Shown here: one piece after another, positions 12,621-25,249 of the stretch
Numbering within the stretch: the first letter of the stretch is position 1
Layout: every line of letters starts with the position of its first letter
Assembly: GCA_040954595.2 (NCBI GenBank)
Contig: CM082593.2
Coordinates: forward strand, 5,535,434 to 5,599,433
Direction of reading: 5' to 3'
Length of the DNA: 64,000 nucleotides
From: Balanoglossus misakiensis
Taxonomy: Eukaryota > Animalia > Hemichordata
Made by a program: the position numbers and the translations under genes
Notes under the pieces: generated by a model
Told to the model about the DNA's origin: nothing
Seen by the model: the letters and a program-made list of their open reading frames with translations, nothing else
The model's database searches: none

Positions 12621-15600
12621 GTTGCCCGATCTAGTGCTGCAGCCAGTCCGACAAACCTCGCAGTCCCTACAGATAAAAAAAAATCCCGGTCGGCCGATAT
12701 TGCGCTGCTCTGGAAAATAAAGAAATCACGGTGTACATACACACAACCTACTCGAACTTCGATCGCGGTGCAACTGGCAATATATATTCACATGCTCTGA
12801 CTGACTGCCAGCCAACTAGAGGAGCTATCAACTTCTTACACACACAGCCAAGTGTCAGACTAATTAATTGACAGATCACTCCGCGCTGTGCTGCGACCCC
12901 GCGAGTTTTTAAAAATGCCATTAAAGTCCGAATACCATTTCATCTTCGGTTACACTTACAACACCACCACGGTTTCTCGTTACATCTCGGAGTTTGCAAA
13001 TGTAAGCAGTCGGAGAATATGATCGCGCGAATAATTTTAAGCGATGGAAACAGGGATAAACAAGGTTGGAGCGCTGAAAGTAGTTCTAAAGATGCGGATG
13101 GGTTAAAGTTTTGTGGATGCGTTTGCTGTGCTGATTATCAGCTGATCTTAGCTGTCAAATTTGGGGATTGCCCACCCAGCTAAGAACCTTATCTAGCTGA
13201 TTGGGCAAGTTTATTTACAAAGTGGAAATAAACACAGCTTCCCTTCTTGGGCCGGTTGCGACACACAGAAGCAGTCGGCGTATATAAACAAAACTTTTCG
13301 TGGGCACGAGTGCGTGGAGAAAGTTTTCTTCGGACGTATTCTTGAAATGAAGTACGCGTACGCGCGTGTCCATTTCAGAGCCATGTCGATTTCACCGACA
13401 AACTCCCACGCAGTGTGGGAACCGGTGTTGCGATTTCGCGTTGTTATTGTGACAATTTACGATCGGCAGCGCAGATAACGCGCGTTAAAGTGTCGTTATG
13501 TTAATTTGTTAAAAGTACCCAGCGAATTACAAAAATAGGATTAAAACACGCTGTTTCTATTGATAACAGTACTGTACACGACATCAGTGAGCGTGGCAAC
13601 AACGTCTGCTATTATGGAATCTGCCGAAATCGACTGAAATCGATTGTGTTGTCCAGGCTGTTTTGTTCTTGCCCAAAGTCATTCAATGTCGGCATCAGCC
13701 AAGCACGTTCACTGTTGCGTTATCTTGGACCATTAGACCCGGCGACCACATTCCCTGACATGTCCTAATTCTTCAAACGCGACTCCAACGTGCAGTAGAA
13801 AAAAGTGGCAGCGCGCATGCGAAATTCTCACAAAAATCAGCTTACTTTGCTTTTTCCCATTTCTTTGAAAAACTTACAAACACTCTCGAACCACGCCTTC
13901 CACGTTTCTTCAATTCTATTATGCTGAATATCGGTTCTTCAAAGAGAAGGGGCCTTTGATGTAGGTTTGGCATGCTACGACCGTTACTCTCTCAGAACGG
14001 TGCAACACCTATTAGGCCAGTAACAGACGCGCAGTTTTAATTTTTCGTGACAAGAGAAGGACTAATAATGCCTTTATTTCATCTGAGGGATTTCACTTTC
14101 TCCAGTAAACTTCCGCAAGAGTACAGTTCTCATCGAAATAATAGTTGGGAACTACAAACAAGCTCGGGTGTACCTTGACACAGTGAATCACGCAAAGTGC
14201 CCTGCCGCTAGAGGACGTCGTACGACGCAGACGGCTAGAATATAGAAGGGAAAATTAAACTTACTTTCAAATTTCATTGTTAATAAAGTATAAATTAAAA
14301 TTACATAGAACATTTTCAGGTTTAGGAGGCGGTTGTGTTTCTTTTGTTTACGGTTTGTTTTTGTTTGTTTTGGTGGCATGGTTTTGTTTTCCTACTGCAT
14401 TCATGTAGCCCTCGGGCATATATGATTGTAGGTGTACCCGTTACGGACGTGACGAATTCTCAACTGACAGGCCCGGCCCTGCCTTCGCAACGAATTCTCG
14501 AACCCTATAAATGGAAGTCCTTTCTTCGTGCTATAGAGGAAGCACGGAGAAGATGTTATATGCAGAGGGGGAAAAAGAGATACATGTACTTGGAAAGGAA
14601 GAAATCCGAGAGGTGTACCCTGAGGGCAGACTTTAGCGGCAACGTCATAGCTAATGCGTGCTACACACGTATTGGAATTCGCCTACGTCCACCGCACACG
14701 TCCAAATCCGCACAGACCGGAGAACAGATGTTGCCATGCACGGTCAAAGATTTCGCGAAGAGATGTGAGCTATTTTATCTGGGAGACTACACGTTCTGAA
14801 TCTATCTGTCTGTAAAAAAATAATCTGATAAATAGAGAAGAGTCTTGCGAGAAAAAATCATTGAAACACCAAACAAAATCAATTATTATCAACCTACCGA
14901 CGGTGATAATGTAACGACATCGAACATTTCTCGGTTTATCAATTTTTGACGAAATCGTGGGCCATTTTATTTCCATTTAAAGAAACAACGATCGATCTCT
15001 CTTACATGATTCGAAGAAAATGACTTGTCGGGTCACATTGACATCACATGCCGCCACTGAAATGTAAGGCGCGCATTGCAATTCTGCAAAAAGTGTTAAT
15101 TATACGAAAGCGCGGATTATTTGGGATAATTCTCCTTTCCTTACATCGGCGGTTGTGACGCTGATAGAATCTCGAAATAGCCGCTAACATTTTGTTGTCA
15201 TTGTTAAGTCGACCTCTGGCGACCTACAGAACCCGAGTTAGCTTCTCGAGTTTAAATCCGATGTATTTCTGTCGAGAAAGGTTTAAACTTAGATCTGTCG
15301 AGACATCAATATTCCCAGCTCGCCTTTGAGCGCATTACCAAACATGGGGAAAATGAAACAATACAGAGAGGTTAGATAAACTTCTGGCAAGATTTATAGG
15401 ACCGTGGCATTTTTTTTCCATGTGTATTCCTCGATTCAAATGATGACTTCACACTGGAATGGGACGCTGTGTTATCAAATTTGTTAAAATGCGTCATCTT
15501 CTTCCATGGTGTCAGGGAACCGTCAACCAACCGCGTCATCGGAAGAACTATATACGGTAACAAAAAACAGTCGGGTTCTTACGCGGCATATCCGCAGGTT

Positions 15601-17947
15601 TAAAGCCTCGCTGTCTCGCAGACGTTCATATTTTTCTCTTTACAAAGTCGATAGGTACACAAGCGAATAACTTACTCCACGCCACGAAACGGTTGAAAGT
15701 AACCGAACTATAAACAATTCCGTAAATTGCCCGGGCCCACCCAGACGAGCTGGCTCGAAGCAAACAACCAGAAGCGTTTCATATGGATTAATATTTCTTT
15801 ATAACGAGAAAGGAGGGTAACATTTCCTGTGTTTAATTTAAAGGGGTGCAGAGAGCAGGACCCAAAAATGCATGTGACATTTTCGTTAAAAGGCAAAGTT
15901 CAAAATCTGAAAAAGAATGATATAATTTGCGAGCGACATTTTAAAAATTCTACCTGGCCAGACATTTTTGTATTGGAATCTCAACAGAAAACCTATCCCT
16001 GCAGTGTATGCATAGAAATCTTGTTTTCGACCCCTCCACAAATTTACTGTAAACAGCGAGATAAACCTAGTATTCTGTGAAAAAAAATTAAATCACCGTT
16101 GTGATGTATTTGCAGGAATGTTATCGCTCATCATACATCATATTCACCATTCGAAGGTCTTATTCAACTTGAATATTCATATTTTTACGCCAAGAATAAA
16201 TAAATCTGTTTCGTTGTGATAACCTTGATTGAGAAATTGGACAGCTTTCAGCCAGATAATACCTTATGTTGAGATTCTCCCAAAGCGATATTTGCAACCG
16301 AGCCGCAAATCGAAGGAGATTTACTCTAAGAATGATACAATCGCCGGAGGCCCTTGCCGATATTTAGATTTTTGAGTACACGCAGAAATCAATTATCTAA
16401 AAGGGTAAAGAGCCGAAAACCAAGTAAGAGAAATGCATCATACAATATAATATTGAGTTATTCCGTCATGGCTGACATTTTGCGGTTATTAAACACCTAC
16501 GGACAAGATTTATATTCCGATGGAAGCAGCGATGGTAAACAAAAGTATCGATATGATTGAGACCTGGAAATTTAACCTCTCGGAATCAAGTTTCGATTCT
16601 TGGCCGTATGGTGGGCATGAATAAAAACTATATCAGAAGAATGAAGAGTTTCAAAATTCTCTCCCGCAACAATATTACATGTATTGTGGGTTTTTGATTG
16701 CCATGCGTTTTAATATCTGCGGTAAAATAGACTTTGGCGCAGCTATCTAAAAATCCCTCACCATTTTTGGTCAGAACTGCGCAAACATTTTACCAAAAGA
16801 TTGTTGCTGTTGTTGGTGTTGTTGATTCAGCAAATTCTCTAGGTGATCCTAAAACGAGTCGCCATTCGCAACACATGCCACGATAGTGGAACTTTGAGAC
16901 GAAATCCGAGAATTCAAACGCGAAGCACACTTGGAAGTCAAGGGTATTAATACGGACCGGCACTTTTTGTTGATACAAAATCAGTTCTTGTATTTGTTTC
17001 GAAATATTTCCAGCTAAGACTCTACATCTTGAAACCTAAACAAGGTGGACAAACCGTGCACAACAGCACGAAAAGAAATGCTGGGTATGATATAAATAGC
17101 CATAGAATTTCACGGTTCAATGCCTCAGCGACCAGGCGGTCTATTTTCGGAACTTCAAACCTTCAAATGGTATTTTAAAACAAGGCAAAATTAAAGGAAA
17201 TGTGTATATTTTCATATCGTAATCAAAGCTGTGGTTAAATAAACACATTGTGGTCGTTTCAAATCAAAGTTTGGTTAGCATTTGACTGCGATAAATACTT
17301 AATCGCCTTTTTACACGCAGGTAAAAATTCCTGACGGAAAATTGTTTATCTTAGCATCGTTTATACAGGAGCACGAAAATTCCATTCAATCCCACGTATA
17401 ATCTCACCAGGTTGAACTGTGGGGGGCGCTGTTCACGACATGAGCTAATCCCACTATTGACTTATACCACAAAGTATTACTGAGAAATACTCCTAAAATT
17501 TTATTTCTCTCCTCTGATTGCACATTGTACTGTTGGCCGACAAAAAGTATCAAAGTTTAGAAGAATAAACTTTCTCTTCTGATATAAAGTTAAACTACAC
17601 AACAGGTCAAGAAGGAAAGAGCAAATTTCAAGACTCCAGCGTGACCTTTACATCCTGGTACTTTGACATAAGTAGACTGCTTTGAGCAGTGCACAGAATT
17701 CAGTAATGTCATCACCAACATACATAGGTTGTGCTACTTTAGACGTCAGAGAAATGGACATTCGATAGAAACACAGAAAAAGGTGTGAATAGATGGTTGC
17801 ATGGAAACATCACAATAATAAATTCTACCAGACGACATACTGCATAGAACAATGGTACAATAAACATAGCCGCACTTGACATTTTTCCACACACACCGTT
17901 TCTCACAACTGACAATACAAATAAAAGCCTCCTAATTTTAATTCAAA

Positions 17948-20900
17948 TCACAGTTCTGTTTTCGATTTGCTTTTCTTTCCTTTCTTCTTGGGTTCTTTGT
18001 GCACACAGTCTCCGTTCTCGCTGTAGCACAGCCATTCCTCAAACTTCTTTGGATTTTCCTTGTACATGTCATAGATCTCATCCTCGCCAAACTCCCCTAT
18101 GTAATACCCACACTGTTGGTTCAACCTATGCAATAAACAAAAAAACACAAAATATGTCAAAAGAAATATACTTCAGGAGGATCAGAGACACTTTCTTGTC
18201 CAACTCCCTACTGACCAGGTTAGTTTTTCAACAACAGACTAGCAAATTATTTTGCTATTGCATCCACTGTCATAAGGACACATCATCACTAACTTGCAGC
18301 TTGGTATAAATCACAAGACAAAAATAGCACTGAAACAAAGCACGCTTTGTGGTGGTGAAGACCATCTGTCGCAGGGTTGTAGTCGAGAATAGAATTTCAA
18401 TACAGGGCATTAGAAATTCATGAATTTCTATTTCAAAAAGCACTGCATGTTGGTCTTCAACATAAAAATTCATTTCAACTGCATCCATCATATGACTTTT
18501 GACACTACCACATACACTGGTCAATTTATTCTAGTCATGTCCTTGCATACAGATAAGTGCCCTCTCTCCGTCACTTGGTTATTACAGACTCTGCCAAATA
18601 TGGACAGATAAGACAAGATTTTACTCTGGTTTTGTCGTGGAATCCATATTTAATAGTTTTAGTAGACCTTCCCCACTGACATGAAATTCATCCATATCCT
18701 GACTATGAAATCCAGTGAAAACCTCCAATGTCTGGTGTGTTCAAGACAACATCAGAGAACAGCCGGGTCAAAGGTCACTGAACACCTAACGATCTACCAA
18801 ACGATGACAACATCAATCATGGTGATGCACAACCACCTGATCAGAGTCAGAACAAAAAAACATGCGCATGAACACACCCGAATTTCCACGCTTAATTATC
18901 TGCACTGTTTTTTTCCCCATTAGAAATCCATATAACATCTATTCAGCGAACCACTTGTAGTTCAATGCACCCGTACATGTGTGTGACCCATTCAAAGGAA
19001 TATTCTCGGGACACGCATGACTTGGTGTTTTTCATTATTAATGGTAACAGGTTTTATTGATTTCTGAACTGCCAAAAAACGATGTCATGAAATTTGACAG
19101 CCACTGGTCTATAGAATGCTTACTGCGGTCAAACTGAGTGATGTACATGTAGGATCCAGGGTCTTGCTGAGCAGAGTTGGTAATTACTAGTACATTGTAT
19201 TCTGAAAATCAGTAACTGCTACCAGTATGTAGTGAGTTTCAGAATGACAAATATTTCTTGTGTGGTACCTTGAATTGCACTTTTTAAGATAGTGAATTTA
19301 AAAACAAAACAAAACAAAGCATGAGGAAGCACGTAAAAAATGTTACAACCTTCGTTTTTGAGGTGTAGACTACTAGGAAAGGTCTGGGTGAGTCATGGCG
19401 TGGATTAGGTGAAAAAAAAATCAAAATATTGACCATTGCGGTGAAAGGACTTATATTTTGTATTGTAGTACGCACAATGCAGTGCCATCCCCAGGCACTT
19501 CCTATTGAATTGTGTCATATTTGCATAACAATGGCACAATTGTCCTCCAAGGAGTACTTTAATCTGTCTGTAATGTCTTCAAGGAGCACCTTCCATTTCA
19601 ATGTCAACAGAGAGTTCCCAGGCTCACCATTGTTTGGTTTTGTGTTATTTTTTGATTGACATGGTGTACGCTTCGTGTTTTCCATTGAAATTTAATCTGG
19701 TGAAATAATGTGCTTTTAGATTAATCTGAGAAGGTGAGCTGCGGTTTGTGTTCCGGACATGTCAATATTTCCAGTACTTAGACTCGTGTGACATAAGGTG
19801 TCTTACAGTAATGGCTGGGGTATTAGGATAAGTGCATGCTTGATCTGGGTGCCTGCAAGTCACATTTGGGGGAACGTGTGTGTGTGTGTGTGTCCACTGT
19901 GCTTGACTGTATGTGTGTGACTGTGTGTAGATGCAGAACAGACCAGCATATACCAACATATAGAAGATGTTAGAGATTGACTCAAACACTAATATTATCG
20001 TTAGTACACATATTATTATCAAGTCATGTCACAGCACTGCACACCGGGAACATACCAATCCATAAACATGCCAAATTTTCCGGGACCTAAAATCCCGGCA
20101 TATTTCTGCCGGAGTGCTAGCTCATCGGGGTCAAGATAATCTTCGTCATAATCCGGACTTAATCCGATTTCCTCCTCCTCGTAATACTCATAGATTACAT
20201 TTGGATTCCAGTTATTATCATGATGATCTGTGTGACTATTGGGGTAAATTGAATGATGGGGAGGGTGAAAATTAAGATTGGAACAGTGAGGCTATAGGAT
20301 TTCAACTTTACAAAAATATGTTATGTCTGTTAGAACTGATTAGTAGACATATGAGCAATGATGATAGATACTGTACTTTTAAATAAGCCAATATGGTGTA
20401 TCACCACTATATAATCTGACATATCCCTGAAACATATGGTCTGGCATTTGCGCATATGGGCTCACTATGATACAGTACAAATGGGGTATCTTCATCAATT
20501 CAACACTTCACAAATCTCATGACATTGCCACGTCCATTGAAGCTCACTTGTGTGTACACAAACACAAGAAACCATGACAACCGACCATAAAATGCTAGAT
20601 TTTTATCCTACTAACCTATTTGGCCATTTTCCACCCCCTTGCATGACACCGGGAATATCCTTCGTCTCCAATCCTGGACCTGATAACCTTTTTACGCCAT
20701 CAATTTCCTTCAACCCAATACTGGAAAAAAAACAGAATTCATAACATTTAGTATTAAGTAATTCTGTACAGAATTATGTTAGTATATAAGATAAATATTT
20801 AATAGTATCATAGCATTCATGAATTAATTATTGAGAACTAGTAATATCAGCATATCCACATTTATTTCTGGGACTAAAGCAAATGTATGAAAAGGTGATT

Positions 20901-21914
20901 TAGTGCAAAAATGTTCATGTCAGCTTACTTACTTCTCCCATCTATCATTACATATTTCATCCAAAATATCAATAACTTCTGATTCTGGTAATTTTTTCAA
21001 AGATGGTCTCTTCTTATGAGCACCAGCAAATTTTTCTTTCATCTGTCAATAAATGAGAAAAAAAGAGGTTAAGAGTTAACATGGTGACTTATGTAAGCTC
21101 TACACAGAAACACAGCAACAGGTGATGGTAAGACTGGATATGTGTTGCACTGCCATTGGTCTGATTTCAAAATGAATGTCAACTAGCCATAGTATACAAA
21201 CACCATTATTGTAATACATGCAACTAAATTAGTAGCACACTAATTGCTTAGTCCTGGACAATAGTACGACCACCAATGAATTAATAATTAATACATATAA
21301 ACTAGTGTGATTGATGGTACCGAGATCAGAAACTGTGTTTCGTTATAAATGTGATGCTACTACCAGCACTGTAATTAGCAGGTTGAAATGAAGCACATGA
21401 CCTTTGACCTTTTTCTATGAAAGAAAGTGTTAATTGCATTATCATTAAAACACAGCCTCTTAAAAATCATTTACTTTGGGTTAATACTACATGTATGATT
21501 TTCTCACCCTTAAATGTGACTGTATGTAATATATTTTCAATTTTTTACGTTGTGTTTCTTTTATAGGAAAGTGGGTGTGTCAAGAGTTTAGTGTTGTGAT
21601 ATGTACATCCGGGTATGTACATTGCAGGTGCACTGTAGTAGCTCAAGTCCTTGCTGGTAAAAGTTAGCTAGTGTACTTACCGTATATGCTACAATTCTGC
21701 AAGCGTCACATTTCAACTCTTGGGGTAAATGCTGAGAATACGCTTCCTCGTCGTTGAGTTCTGGTGTTTTGAAACTTAGTTTACCCGAGGTGGGACTTGT
21801 CTTCTCGTGTACTGCCTGGCCAACAGAGACGGCGAGAAACCCGCACAAGTTCAGGCAGAAAACCGTGGCTGTAAATGTCCGTAGCCTAAGCATTTTGTGC
21901 GAGGAATTTTGCAT
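17948..21914 (-). CDS. MZB1: Marginal zone B and B1 cell-specific protein-like (MZB1/pERp1), ER-luminal saposin-like co-chaperone, ~208 aa
   Basis: Exons 21914-21681, 21042-20933, 20720-20616, 18125-17948, all GT-AG with consistent phases 0/2/2. Signal peptide; PELNDEEAYSQHLPQELKCDACRIVAY (human PQLDDEEMYSAHMPAHLRCDACRAVAY); VKRLSGPGL; GGKWPNRL..C; GEFGEDEIY; EWLC; C-terminal KTEL ER-retention signal. Confidence 0.93.
20056..20235 (-). CDS. Putative alternative 180-nt in-frame exon of MZB1 (acidic, Tyr-rich)
   Basis: Acceptor tttaccccaatag|T and donor TG|gtatgt; phase 2-2 like the flanking junctions. Open for 60 codons: HTDHHDNNWNPNVIYEYYEEEEIGLSPDYDEDYLDPDELALRQKYAGILGPGKFGMFMD. Confidence 0.55.
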
Positions 21915-23577
21915 AGCAGTCCAGACGACACTTCAGCTATTCGCTCCGACTGTGTTCACCGCAACCGTGGGCTCCAAATTTTCAAATGCCGGATCGATTT
22001 GTCCGCGTGTACTTAGTGTTTACATCGGCGAATCCGGAAAAGCCACGTTTTGCGCAGTGAAGGCTGCGCAGTGTAATCATAACATCACAAGTTGCCAACA
22101 GGTGGGGGCGCTGTGCTCCACACCCACGAATAAAGATATGGGCTCGCAACAGGAGGCCAATCTATACCAGACAGGATAAAATCAATGTTAATGTTTCTTT
22201 TTAATGTTTCAATTTTAATTGTCCATTTCCAGTTGTCAGTCAGTGTAATTCTAACACACGAATTTCAAGTCGTTGTGCAATAATATGGTCCCACTTTCAC
22301 ACAGTCACTGCCCTAACAAAATATACCTGGCTTCCGATATCTTACAAGCTCTGTTGATTCAGATGATCGTAACACTGTTATCGTGAAATAAGCGAAATAT
22401 CAAAAGTAGTTCCGACCACACAGTGAAGATCTGCTGAAAATACAGGCCCCAGATCTTCACTGTTGGAACAATAGCTCAGTGGCAATGCACACATTGCGTG
22501 TGTGATAAAAAGAGAACCAGGGCCTAAATCGGTTAACTCCGATTTCATGTTAGGATGAATTTGAATGCCCACTTTCGACTTCTGGATAATCAACCTTAAG
22601 CCCTCAAAGTCTCCAAATTAGCCTAATTAAAAGCAACGGACAACGCATACTTGTGACAGAGCCACATAATAACCTCAAGAATTTTTCATTCTTTCCGAAA
22701 AATCGAAAGTGTTTGTTTTTTCAATTAACGTTAATGAGAACGGCTATCGATTTGGCACCGTGACATAATGGAAACCGTCCGCTTTGTCTTCGATTCATTG
22801 CGAGGTTAGCGTACATTACCAGAAATGAATCCCCCCACTGTAGTTTCGCAGTCAAAAAGACAAGTAAGGCCATTGATTATTTAAAATCTTAGCCCCGGGC
22901 GACATTCTGTTAACACCCACCCCACCCGAAAGTGATGGGATTACCCCCCCCCCCCCCCCCCGAATCATCTTCAGGACAAACAGTGGTAACAACTTATGAC
23001 AGAGACCACGAAAAGAGGTTTTGGGAATTTCCTGAAAAAGTAAAGGTACATTTTCTGTCGTGTTTTTTTTTTCAGTTTCACAGCATATGCCGCGTCAATT
23101 TTCTTCATTTCTACTTTCACAGATAGCAAAGAGCCTCAAAACTCCGAATGGTGGCCTGAATCGGGATAATATATCATCACCAAAGAATTAAAATATTACT
23201 GGTAATTTTTCGTCCCCTTTACAGCAGGTTTATTCATATCAATGTGCATTTTTAAAATATAAGCTTACGTGAAATCCTATACATGTATAAGATTGCTCTT
23301 AGGACGATTCTGATGGTGCTGAAATCTGTGACAGCGCCACCACTGATCGTTTACTTTTTTCATACACAGGTCGTTCTCCTAGTAAATTATTGGTCGCTAG
23401 GGGCGCTATCACCCCAATCAACAAAAGTTGGTCTACTTGATTTTATTCTTAAAAATGACAATGATCTAGGAATCAATCTTAATGTTGTTGGTTCTTACAT
23501 GATTAAAAGTTTACAATCTTATATACACATAAAAAGCACATATTTCTTTATTATATATATTATATGTCAATCATGAA

Positions 23578-25249
23578 TCAGTCTGAGTGATGTAGAAAGT
23601 GAAAGATGGACTCAGGATCCCGAATAATTGACAACACCATCTGCTTGAGCCTAAAGTGCATGTTCCGTCTCACAGAAACCTGTAGATCACACAGTATGTT
23701 TAAATCAATGTAGAAGAAATCCTGCAGTGTTTTCAACTTCAGGTTGTCCTTCAACCTCTGCAGCATGCCGAGGAATCGCTCTCCGGCCGAATCACGTGAC
23801 CAGTTGCCATGACGATTGCACTCCCATAGCAACAGAGTCCGCAGGTGCTTAGCGGTGACTTCCCGTAGAACGGAGTCCTGGCCTTCTCTCAGGGCGAACA
23901 GCAAGTGTAGAATGAGAAGGCGATATCTGCCGGTTTCTCCTTCTCCCGGTTCATCATCATTCCGCGCTCCGTTCAGAAACTCGTCCTCCAGAAGATCCAT
24001 GGAAACGGACCATAACTGGGGGATGACCTCCTCGGCCGGCGCTTTCAGTATTCCCGGGGGTGCCTTGTATTTCGTCCCTTCCAGCACCCACACGCTCTTC
24101 CCGGCTTTCACGCCCTCCTGGATGCCCCTCACGAAGGCTTTGCTCCTCCCCTTGGCGTACGGATGGTTGGGCCACTTTGGCGGCAGACGGGCGCCAGGAG
24201 GGAGGCCGTAACATTTGACGCACGGCACGATTTTGACAAAGACGCTGCTACCATCTTGCTTGATTTTCAGGTTGACATGCGGCGACGCCTCGTGAATTGT
24301 CACCATTTCAAACTCGTCACCGTAGATCATCAGCGTGTTATCAATGGCCTCGTGCAACACGCTTGTGAAACTCGAAGGGACAAGAAAACCTCTGTCATTA
24401 AGAAACTCCTTCCATGTCGGTAGTTTACTGTCGTCTGACTTGACTGCATCAAAGTTTTTCACTTGAATCATTGCAGACATATCTGGTAAATTTATATCTC
24501 TGGCAAATGTTGTCACCTGGTAAGAAAAGAGAGACAATATGACAACAATCAGGTCTACAGCTCTATGTTGATTTTCATTATGGAAATACTAGCATGAATC
24601 AGACCCTGAGCACATCTGGTATGTAAGCACATACGTGTACACATACACCATACTATAGCCAGCCAATGCCCTTACATGTATATAGCCCTTCTAGTATGGC
24701 GTTTGTGATCGGCTGTGGCTGCGACGCCTCCCTACACTGAATTACTAGAAGGGAGGTGGCGGAGCCAAAGCCGGACATTCTCTTTGGTCTGACCATTACA
24801 GGGTTATTAATCATGTGACCTCAACTGAACCCCACCGCCCCATCATCAATGCATCAAACTGTTTACTGTTTCTTGCTCTTTGCCTAAATATCACGGACGG
24901 TCGAACACACCTGGAAAGCTGACGATTGCCTTTGTATATCCAACATTAATCTGTAATGAAACTGGTTGGCAGAGCCCTCAGATCGCAAACGTTCCATCGG
25001 GACGTCGGTGCCCAGACTTGACCCAAAACAGTCTACGAGACGAGGGTCGATATCATTCAGTTTTTCCGTAAGACTTTTCACAAATCTTAACACCAATTCA
25101 GCATTACTTCTCGTAGATTCCAGTCTAGGAACTGCAAACTGTTCAATGGCAGTATTTATGCACTGGTTTAGTTCTTCGTTCTGCTCCTGTAACTCTGCGA
25201 GACTATTATTATCAAGATCCGTGGCTCCGTCGACTGCTTTGTCCGCCAT
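23578..25249 (-). CDS. Mab-21/cGAS-like nucleotidyltransferase-fold protein (divergent MAB21L-type), ~425 aa, 2 exons
   Basis: Exon 1 25249-24911 (CAG|gtgtgt); exon 2 24516-23578 (taccag|GTG). Motifs parallel MAB21L1: DPRLV~EPRFI, WKEFLNDRGFL~WVEFITASGYL, VKIVPCVKCYG~VQITPAFKCTG, HLRTLLLWECNRH~HMKTLVSYECEKH, WSRDSAGERFLGML~WDESCLGDRLNGIL, IIRDPESI~ILTNPKSL. Confidence 0.88.

Noticed and set aside
14335-14799. 154-aa ORF
   Set aside because: Starts in low-complexity T-rich sequence, with no domain similarity or exon structure.
23816-24423. ORFs overlapping Mab-21 exon 2, and similar shadow ORFs over FNIP at 56361-57011 and 57978-58504
   Set aside because: Alternative-frame or antisense shadows of GC-rich real exons.
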